Assembly: GCA_002633005.1 (NCBI GenBank)
Contig: NMRA01000016.1
Span: forward strand, 1,463,860-1,527,859
DNA length: 64,000 nt
Origin: Phoronis australis
Lineage: Eukaryota > Animalia > Phoronida
Direction: 5' to 3'
The position numbers and the translations under genes are program-made. The notes beneath the pieces are model-generated. The model was not told the origin of the DNA. It worked only from the letters and a program-made list of their open reading frames with translations, and did no database searches. The stretch's first letter is position 1; every line of letters starts with the position of its first letter. Of the stretch, positions 54,978 to 64,000 are shown piece by piece.

Positions 54978-55111
54978 GAACAATTTGAAGAACTGCAGAG
55001 CATAGTTGGTATAGAGGTGGACTCATTGCTGTGCATACCAGTAATGAGACAGACGAGTGGAGATATAGTAGCTCTTGCCTGCCTCATCAACAAACAGACC
55101 CCTGATCACAG
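54978..55111 (+). CDS. PDE2A: PDE2A-like exon, GAF-A (EQFEELQSIVGIEVDSLLCIPVMRQTSGDIVALACLINKQTPDH)
   Basis: attttAG acceptor and GTgact donor; phase 0 to 2. Human equivalent [23 protein letters not shown]. Confidence 0.94.
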
Positions 55112-55889
55112 GTGACTTTTTAAAGTTCGCCGCAGCTTCAATAAGGCTTTCTCATCGTAGACCAGACTTTCTTATTTAGTTCAGTTTGAAAGTGCTATCA
55201 TTCTATACCGAAACGTGTCTATAACAGTTTTGTGGTAAAAGTACTAATTGGGACGAAAAACATTTATTTTTTATATGAGCACTGTCCCCAGAAATTGCTT
55301 TCGTGTTATGTCCAGGTTCTCATTCACTCCCTTTCATACAATGAAAAAGTATTCAATTAATATTTTTTCAAAATAGCATCTCAACGTTGTCAATTAATTA
55401 TCTTAATTAACGAGCCACTCAATTTTTGGTTACGCGTATTATACGCAACTTTGTGTACCTAACATATACCCCATGTGCATAATTCAGGTTATGACAAAAG
55501 ATGACTGTGTATTGCACACCCAAGTTGCTTATTTCACACACAATCTGCATTTTTTACCAGTTTTCATTCAATAGTTGTCTTGATGACTCGAAGCTTATTA
55601 ATAAGAATTTTGTTTTTGTGTTCAGTTAATCTTCACCTCTATTTTTGTCAATATTCTTCCCCCATCTAGACACATGTATGAATGCCTCATCCTTAAGAGA
55701 AATGTTATGCTATCAAGGAAGGCAAAATGTCTTTACAAAACTCATTATCTTTTTATGTCACAAGAATAACCTTTACAAACCTTGCTACATCAAGACTATG
55801 CTCAGGAAGTGCCTTACTCAAGCCAAGCAGCTAGTCAAGCCTATTCATAAAGACATGCCCAAGTTAATTGAGCGTGTGAATCTTAGTTA

Positions 55890-56371
55890 AGGGCCTTTCA
55901 TACAAATGTCCACCTGTTGATGGTTTGGGGAGTTGTGGTCAGTATGAATGCTTAACTTCAGTCCTGGATCAAAGTTAACATCTCCAATTAACATCACAGT
56001 TCACAGGTGGATTTAACAGCGCAGCGTCCACGCTGCGGTGCAGTATGAATGGTCAACTTCGGTCCCATTGAAGTTATCGTCTGGTGCCACTGTTATCGTC
56101 AACAATTTAAGGAAATTGCAGTTGCTAATTTTGCTCGAATAATCACCAATCATATTAAAAATAAGATTTATGTTAATTAGCCCATGTAAATGTTCCCAAA
56201 TTGTCACATTAAAAAAATCTTAACGTGCAGCGCTACCTTGCGATTACTTCGATGACCACAGCATCACCTACCGTTTACTTGGATGTTCCTTAACTACTGA
56301 AGCCAGTGTGAATGGTTTAGTTCACATGGAGGCTCTGCTTACACTGGAGTTAAATCAGTATGAAAGGGCCT
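55890..56371 (+). mobile_element. PIF/Harbinger-like (Tourist-type) MITE
   Basis: TTA|AGGGCCTTTCATAC ... GTATGAAAGGGCCT|TTA, 3-bp TTA TSD. Confidence 0.82.
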
Positions 56372-56499
56372 TTAGACTGTAGTGCACCTGTAGATATTTC
56401 CATCAGATTAGATTTATTGCATTGGAAACACAAAGGGTGTGGTAATGTGCTGGCTGCAGATGATAGGGGTGAATGGGGTGTAGTTTGTAAAGGCAACTA

Positions 56500-57230
56500 A
56501 TTTATTATGCACCCACATATTTATATGTGGACGCATTATGCCGTCATCTCCGTCCGTCCGTCCGTACGGGCGGCGTCCGTCCGTCCGTACGGGCGGCGTC
56601 CGTCCGGCGTCCGCTGCTCTATCTCCAAAACCCTTTGACATACATTCATGAAATTTGGCACATATGTTCCATTCATGAATGGGACAGCATGTGCGAACTT
56701 TCGGACGGATCCGACTACCGGTGTGCCCCCTAGTGGCAATTTTAGTTTTTTACGCTTACCTTTGCATCTTCAAAAGTCCTGAACAGATTTTCGTGAAATT
56801 TGGTATGTAGGCACCTATTAGTAAGATGACGCTATCCTCCCGTTTTCAGATGGATTTGACATAGTTTGCGCCACCTAGTGGCCATTTTTAGTGTTTTCGA
56901 GTCTGTTTTTGTGCGTCCACCCCTCTATCAGCCAAACCGCTCAAAGGATGATTGTGAAAATTGGCATGTATGTGCTTACTATAAAGAGGACAGCTGACAA
57001 TGATTGTCAGACGATTTGGACTACTGTGGCGCCTCCTAGTGGCAGTTTTTTTTTTGCGCCCATGGCTGTATCTCCCAAACCGTTCTCAGGATCTTTACTA
57101 AATTTAGCAAGTGTATTTATGTGATGTTGACAATGGACGATGACGACTTTAGGATGATTCTGCCTACCGGTATGCCTCTAGTGGCAATTTTAGTATTTTG
57201 CATTGACCTCTGTATTTTCATAGGTCTTCA
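56500..57230 (+). mobile_element. HINE/DINE-1/pearl-like non-autonomous Helentron-associated element
   Basis: Starts in a T-rich site (atttattatgcaccc), then a (CCGT)n microsatellite, then four ~150-bp tandem core units each ending CCTAGTGGC. Confidence 0.65.
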
Positions 57231-58139
57231 GGTGTATACTTTGTGTTACTTCGTGACTATGAAGGAAAAGTTCCAAGTAGAAATTTGTTTCTGGCATTCT
57301 AATGCTGTGCTAATCTCATATGTTGGTAAATTTGTTTTTAATTCTATGTTTCTGTGTTGCTTTAAGCAACTAATGTATAGGATGTGCTTGTATTATGAAG
57401 ATCACTCACATTTTGCCCCTAGCCTATTGAGGAGACAATGACCATGCCTTTCCATTTTGCAAAGTACAACATACTACATATATGCTCTCTACTGGCCACT
57501 TTTTGGTACCAATAAACAACCCTAGAAAGATACCGTATACGGTGCAATTGTGGGCGCATTTCAACGCTCTGCGCTGCTCTTGTAAACCACGTGAGGTTCT
57601 GTAGAGTGTTATTCACAAGTAGGTGTATTTAGCCAACTATCTGCTGAGAAAACAACACAGTTTTAGTGAACCATATAGTTTATTTACAATACTGTTAATG
57701 AATGTTGTCACTTAGGAAACCACACACCTAAAAGATGATCTCTGTAGAATTATGAAGCACTGCAATAAACATAATATGAAAAGCCGACGGGAAATTGTTG
57801 GGAGTTGGAGCCAAATTGTAACTTAGTGGAAGTATTATAATTGTTATTCAAGGAGATAAAGGTTTTATAATTCATGATATGTAGGCTTTCTTTAATAAGC
57901 AGGGTATGGGGTCTATTGACCTTGTAGAGTATACATAACTTATTAAAATTAGTGTCGTGGTAGGTGGCAGAGACTTGCTTCCTGTCCCTTTTTCATTCTG
58001 TGTCTATCATTCTAGTATTTGACTGTTTTGCAGTATTCACCTTTTAGGTAGTTTCCCACTAGTGATGTTTTGAGTTATCAAGCAACGTCACCTTTGGGAA
58101 TATGACATCATTCACTGAAGCATTTCTTATTAATTTTGG

Positions 58140-58990
58140 CTTATAATCAGAACCATCTACGAACCTTTAGATTTTAACAGTGATTAAAAGTGTATGTTTT
58201 CTGAAAGTAGATTTTTTTTCTTTTCACGATTTTGACATTTATTCTGTTATGTGACTGATGTGTTGTCGTAAAATTTAGCAAAACAAGAAAGGAGCATCCA
58301 TAAAAAAACAACATCATTAAGACGGCCAAATTTCATTTGATGTAAATTTCAAAATGAAATCTCAAAAACTCTGTTTCAGTGTTCGAAAATATCATTTGTT
58401 CCCTTTCGTTTTATCCGACTTCTGAATTTTTTCATAGAAGTCATAAAAGTCCTATTTTTTATTGTCTGACTTGCAAAATGAAACATTTTAAAAATAATTC
58501 CTGAAAGTGTTTTGAGAACTGCACATAAAGCACAATACCTAAATGTTTCATGCGAATCCCATCAGTCATTTCTGAGATATGATTTTCCGATTGTAGCCAA
58601 ATAAACTTTTCAGGTACTATGCTTTGTGCATGATTCTCCAAAACACTCAAGGAATTGTTTTTTTGAGTTTCCTCTTTTTGCATGAGGGCCTGTCAAAAAC
58701 GGGAGTTACGGGATTTTTATGAAACAACTTGAAAGTTGCTTTAGAATGAAAATGATGATAATTGAGACAACTAGATTTTTGGGATTTCAGGTAAACATCA
58801 ATATCAAATGATACTTGATCATGTTATTGATACCATTGTCTTGTGATTAAAGTATGCTTCTTTTGTGCTAAATTTTACTAAAAAGGCATGGTCACGTGAC
58901 CCAACTAATGACAGATTGATAAAAAGTAAAACATGAAATTCTAATGTATACTTGAGGTAAAATCTATATTTTGTAGATATCTGGCTAAGC
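58140..58990. repeat. Inverted (palindromic) pair of the abundant arm repeat, centre about 58600
   Basis: gtgttttgagaactgcacataaagcaca followed by its reverse complement tatgctttgtgcatgattctccaaaacac. Confidence 0.6.
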
Positions 58991-59125
58991 ACCTCTTGAC
59001 AATGTCTTGGATATCCTTAATATTGAACACTGGAAGTGTAGTGACGCATACGGTGGCAGGTCTTGGCTATGCCCCTTTTACTTGAGTGTTGTACTCAATC
59101 ATGTCTTCAGCACTATATTTTGTAG

Positions 59126-59237
59126 GTACACAAAGGCTGATGTGGACACGGTGCATCACTGTTTCAAGTACACAACTACTGTTTTGACAAGCACATTAGC
59201 CTTTCAGAATGAGCGCAAACTCAAAAATCAGACTGAA
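59126..59237 (+). CDS. PDE2A: PDE2A-like exon, end of GAF-A and connecting helix ([37 protein letters not shown])
   Basis: ttttgtAG acceptor and GTatgt donor. Human equivalent [23 protein letters not shown]. Confidence 0.95.
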
Positions 59238-59727
59238 GTATGTTTATGATTATCTCCCATGCCTGTTCTTGGTGTGATTATTCCATCAGATTTGTTTTAC
59301 TTATGGTTTCCAGTTGTTGGAGGGTGGCAATTAACCGCTACTGGTTTGAGTTAAAAGTGTCCCAAATGATGCGCACTCAACGGACAGGTTTCCCTTGAGT
59401 CGCTGACACTCTTACACTGATTTGTGATTCGCCGATTGTTAGCCAATCCTGTTTCTGGCATTTTGCGTGTTTTGGAATAGCCATCCTGGCATCCATACTC
59501 TGAATAAAGCTGGACAATGGTGGAATTTTTACCATGGAAACGTGTCGCCACATTTTCAAAAAATGTGCTTATTCAAATATCACAAATAATCAAATAAAAA
59601 GCACCTGTTAACTGTGGGTAGCGAGGTTAATTGCCAACTCATTCTTTTGAATATCTATTTTTGTATTAAGTTAGGCATTCAGTCAAATATTTAATAAAAT
59701 CATTGTGAATTCTTAAAATCATTCTTN

Positions 59728-60029
59728 CATTTTCGAAACTATTTGTTAATTAGAGTGCGCAGAGTACGCACTTGGTGGCGATAAAGTTCTTTTCAAAGTG
59801 TTAGGCGATCCCAGTATGTGGCTTAGTACGTGTGGTGACTCAGATCATAAGGTAAGATTAACCGCCCAGGGCGGTTGACTGTCGTAATAAGCGCCCATAT
59901 TCAGTTAACCGCCCCCTCCCGATTTCTTGAAATTTCACGTTTAAGCGCCCATGTCTGGTTAACCGCCCACCCCCGATTTTTTGGGTTCGCCAATTTAACC
60001 GCCCAGGGCGTTAACCCGAACGATTACGG
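59728..60029. mobile_element. Right end of a TA-flanked TIR transposon related to the CCGTA-terminus family
   Basis: Multiple TTAACCGCCC/TAAGCGCCC motifs, ending GATTACGG|TA; begins at the N join at 59727. Confidence 0.75.
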
Positions 60030-60107
60030 TAATAAAATCATTCTGAATTCTTAAAATCATTCTTTTGTCTGTCTTTTAGTTTCACAAAATCTGTGCATTA
60101 ATTTCAG

Positions 60108-60147
60108 GCATTGCTTCAAGTTGCCAAGAACCTATTCACTCATTTAG
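60108..60147 (+). CDS. PDE2A: PDE2A-like exon (ALLQVAKNLFTHL-D)
   Basis: atttcAG acceptor and GTgagt donor. Identical to human ALLQVAKNLFTHLD as recalled. Confidence 0.95.
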
Positions 60148-60581
60148 GTGAGTATGATACCTTTAAACGAGAGTGCCAGCTTAGGTGTATCCACTTACCT
60201 GCTTATGATGAAATGTCTAACATTTGTGTCTATGATCTGGGAAACGATGATTATGAAGATCTAAATCATGAGAACTGCAGCGACGAGTTGTCTATCAATA
60301 AAATGTTGGGAGAGTTTGATGACGAGGTTATCCCCGAAGCTGGCATGTATGCCGTAGAAGCATGTGCCGGGGAAACGCCGCGTGTACCGGCGCGACTGAT
60401 AGACAGTTACGAAGAAATCTACCACGAAGTTTTGGAATATGGGGGCGGCGAGGAAGGTTTCACGACCTCGGGGTTTGGAGACGCAAACGAGGAAGCATAT
60501 CGAGAGTTTTTGTTCAGAATGACTGGTCGGCGGAATAGTTTTAATTCAAGCTTGGATGAGTTTGAGGACAGCATTTCATGA
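60148..60581 (+). CDS. Putative alternative terminal exon extension (in-frame read-through of the 60147 donor) encoding a 144-aa acidic tail
   Basis: Open frame continues from the PDE2 exon to TGA at 60579-60581. About 35/144 residues are D/E. GC-richer than the flanking intron, with AATAAA at 60756. Confidence 0.55.
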
Positions 60582-60755
60582 GTTAGTTTTTGTGAATGTT
60601 AGTTCTTTGCAGATTGTTGAATACTGAAGACTGAGTCGATTTCAGTAGTTATTTGCTGATGATTTGCAGGTCTTCTTTTTAGGTTCACTTGACTGTTTTT
60701 GTTTTTTCATTGTGATGTCTTTGTTGTTACCTTCGAAATTATTGGTTAGAATTTC

Positions 60756-60761
60756 AATAAA
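60756..60761 (+). promoter_or_regulatory. Candidate intronic polyadenylation signal AATAAA
   Basis: About 175 nt after the TGA at 60581, followed by a GT/T-rich tract (gttttctgtgactttgtatggttt). Confidence 0.35.
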
Positions 60762-62063
60762 CGCGTATCAGTTTTCTGTGACTTTGTATGGTTTCCGTGA
60801 TTATATAAGAGATGGATTCATCACTGTTGCGTGTTATGCACTTGTGTGGAACACCTTTTGCGTGTATTTTAGGCCCATGCGCCTATATTGGAAGCTTCGC
60901 TGAAAACTTAAAATCAGTGGCATGTGCTCATTCACGACCCGTCTGAGTAAAGCCATGCTTTAAAAGTGGTGCTCAGGATTTAGGCACACCTTGTGTATTA
61001 GTCTATGCTTAGACCTGCAGTGGGTACAGGACTGTATTTAGCTTGCTACTTGATTCTCAACACTTTGCTCGTCTTCCAGTTGAAAACTTTCAACATTTTC
61101 GCTTTTTTACCGAGGAGGCTAATTAAATGGTTTCAGTTATTATTTAATTTAAATGTCTGTTTAATTTCCTTCCAGACATACACTATTCCGGTCTGTTTCA
61201 TTAATGTACTGTTTTCATCCTTTACAAATACGTAAACATTTACCCAATGTTGGATTTAGTAGTCAATGAGCCATACTATTACATCATATGACAACTACGT
61301 ACTAGGTGTATATTGCTTCACAAGTGAGACTTAACAATCTTAGTCGAGTTATAAACTAGGAAATGTGCTGTCGAACCAAGTTGCACCAAATGTTTCTCAC
61401 AGGCCAGATCATGTTCTTTTATGGCAGAGAGTGCAGGCAATTAAGTTGGATGTAATGTGCCTGTATTTTGAGAACCAGTTTAATGTCCGTTAATCAGTGG
61501 AGAAAACTGGTTCTCAATATTCGAGCATGTTATATCTAACCATTACCACAGTGGGTGTGCCTGTATCCACAGCAGTACTGACACCCATCTGCGCATTTAA
61601 GTGAAACGTAGGTGCATATGTGCGAAACTCTTGAATAAATTTTTATTTTGGATAAATGGGCGCATGGGTCTAAACATGCGCTTATATGGTACTTGTACTA
61701 AAGTAATAATTATAATTCCGTGAAACATTACATTGTGATTGGCAAAGTCAATCGCACATGTTCTCCAACTAAGGTAATTTGCAGTTGGTTCTGAAAATTA
61801 AACTTTTGTTTCCTTGGTTGCAGAAGAATTTTGGAGTTCAGGCAAATGTTGATATTTTGTTTTTGTGTTAAAGAGTTAAAATTGTGTTGCTTATTACAAT
61901 TTCTCATCACTTAAAATTACATTGTCAGTTTACAACTTTTGTTCTAAAACATGTACCAAATTGATTTTAGTTCCTGAAATTGCAACATATAGTTGTGCCC
62001 TTGTTTTTACATGACGATTGTTCACTCATCTTTCTGTATTCAATGCGCCTTATTTTCTTCCAG

Positions 62064-62127
62064 ATGATCTCACAAACTTATTGAGAGAAATTATGCAAGA
62101 AGCAAGAAACCTGACAAAAGCAGAAAG
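62064..62127 (+). CDS. PDE2A: PDE2A-like exon, start of GAF-B (DDLTNLLREIMQEARNLTKAER)
   Basis: tattttcttccAG acceptor and GTaatc donor; phase 1 to 2. Human equivalent [21 protein letters not shown]. Confidence 0.95.
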
Positions 62128-62967
62128 GTAATCAAATGAATCCGTGTCTTCGGTGCATTTAATTGGTACCATTCAGATTTAGTGATTGACAGTTTCACAG
62201 TTTTCAGAGAAATTAATTGGGTGGAGGCCATATTATCTGACATTTATTAATGACAGATTGAAAGATTTGTGCGGTGATGGATTTGCTGGGAAATGTTTAG
62301 ATCGAGTTAATAGGTTCATTGTAGAAAAGATGAATCTCATCTAGGTGTGCTGTGGTACGTTTTATCAGTTAGTGCATGTTAAAAACACTTTGGATAAAAT
62401 AATTCAATTTTATTATAATTAATGTGTTATATAAATTGATATATTTCCTAAGTAACCCCAGTCCGCATAATAATTGCCAACATGAACAAGGTGTGTTTCA
62501 GAATAGGTTGAATTAAAAATTTAAAAAAATGAACTCACCGCAGATGAATTGAAACGAATAGTGGACTGATTTTTTGTCAGATCATGTGGTACATCCTTAA
62601 CGTTTATATGGAGTGTAACTTGTAACAGAGCTCACTAACTGGCTTGAAAGGTCAGCGTTTGTTTCCTGAGAATATATCTGACTCGTAGTAATAAAACGCA
62701 CATCAACTTCCTGGTTAAAAATTGCCAACTGACAGCCAATGAAAACCATCGTTCTAGTGCCCTGTACCTGGGCTTTATAATAAATAAAAGCAAGAAAACT
62801 TGTGGTTGTATAGATCCCCTGTATCATGATAAATTCCATTTTAATTTCACTAATAGCATTGTGGCTAAGATGAACAGGAATCTTGTCACTTTGGTGCCAC
62901 GTTTGTGCCAAAATCTGTCAGCTGATAAAGTCTTGCAATCTAAACGTGTCTCTTATTTGGCCACCAG

Positions 62968-63221
62968 GTGTTCTGTGTTCCTCGTGGACGAGGAGAGTGA
63001 GGAACTGGTTGCCAAGGTGTTCGACGGTTCCATTCACGACACGCTGGACAGTGAAATACGCATCCCTATGACGCAAGGCGTTGCGGGTCATGTGATCACT
63101 ACAGGAGAGATTCTAAACATCCACGATGCTTACTCTCATCCGCTGTTCTACAGGGGTGTTGATGACACTACAGGCTTCAAGACACGGAATATACTCTGTT
63201 TTCCTATCAAGGATGAAAAGG
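62968..63221 (+). CDS. PDE2A: PDE2A-like exon, cGMP-binding GAF-B core ([20 protein letters not shown]...[25 protein letters not shown])
   Basis: ccaccAG acceptor and GTaaca donor; phase 2 to 1. Very close to human GAF-B ([33 protein letters not shown]). Confidence 0.97.
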
Positions 63222-63513
63222 GTAACATACAGAAAAGTTTTGCCCTGTTTTTGAGTTACATAATATTCAATCCGTCTGAGTGGGATTTTTTACGAGTTTG
63301 TGGCAAACAATTTGCAGTGAGTTTAGTAGGGATTTATTGACCGAGATGTTTTTAAGCGTAAAAATTATTTAAATAAAATGTATTAATTTTTCCCATTTTG
63401 ATTAAAGTGTAAAACTTTTTGTTGAATATCACAATTGCTTTCTAATTTAAAAATTAGCCGGTGTATGTTGAGTGCTTACAATAAACTTTCGAGCCTGTTG
63501 TTGTGGTTTCCAG

Positions 63514-63629
63514 AGAATACTGTAGGTGTCGCCCAGCTCTGTAATAAAAGGGACGGCAAAAACTTCACTACGTTCGATGAGGACATAGCCAAGGCATTCT
63601 CAATATACTGTTGCATCAGTATCGTACAC
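63514..63629 (+). CDS. PDE2A: PDE2A-like exon, end of GAF-B (ENTVGVAQLCNKRDGKNFTTFDEDIAKAFSIYCCISIVH)
   Basis: ggtttccAG acceptor and GTaagt donor; intact NKFDE motif. Human equivalent GVAELVNK...FDEDLATAFSIYCGISIAH. Confidence 0.96.
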
Positions 63630-63785
63630 GTAAGTGTGGCATTTAATATATGAGTCACGTGACATTTGGTCCAGATTATTCAATTTCAGGCACAGGCAAT
63701 TTCCAAGGTAGCGGAAAGTACCAAAAAGGATTTTTTCAGTGAAAATTAAGAAATCATGTTACAAATGATGACAGCGTCGATTATT

Positions 63786-63966
63786 GGTCAAAATGGCTTC
63801 TATCTTGTTCATACACTTAACATAGTTTAGGGTCAAAATGGCTTCTATCTTGTTCATACACTTAACATAGTTTAGGGTCAAAATGGCTTCTATCTTGTTC
63901 ATGCACTTAACATAGTTTAGGGTCAAAATGGCTTCTATCTTGTTCATGCACTTAACATAGTTTAGG
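63786..63966. repeat. 45-bp tandem repeat x4
   Basis: GGTCAAAATGGCTTCTATCTTG... at 63786, 63831, 63876 and 63921. Confidence 0.95.
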
Positions 63967-64000
63967 AACAAGTAGGAAACCATGTCACGAGGCATGAGCC

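Noticed and set aside
62861-63340. 159-aa ORF treated as a stand-alone gene
   Set aside because: Only 62968-63221 is homologous exon; the flanks are intronic run-through of ordinary composition.

Overview
AT-rich, intron-dominated eukaryotic DNA, most likely from a heterozygous invertebrate animal assembly. It has one 498-N gap and three single-N joins, each flanked by near-duplicate sequence. The window is spanned by the 5'/middle part of one + strand gene, a cGMP-stimulated 3',5'-cyclic nucleotide phosphodiesterase (PDE2A-like). I reconstructed 15 phase-compatible GT-AG coding exons from 3007 to 63629, plus a weak candidate at 1071-1160. They encode the N-terminal region, GAF-A and GAF-B; the catalytic domain lies beyond the window. 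Homology calls rest on my recollection of human PDE2A and family consensus motifs, not on searches. The introns (largest about 29 kb) carry many TE relics and tandem repeats. Main points of interest: (1) an in-frame 144-codon acidic, Tyr-rich read-through after the GAF-A exon, followed by AATAAA, a candidate catalytically dead PDE2 isoform; (2) a TA-flanked TIR transposon carrying a decayed HIRAN-like domain; (3) a ~440-bp Penelope-like palindrome with variant minimal hammerhead ribozyme motifs, nested in a LINE; (4) signs of allelic TE and VNTR polymorphisms at the scaffold joins.
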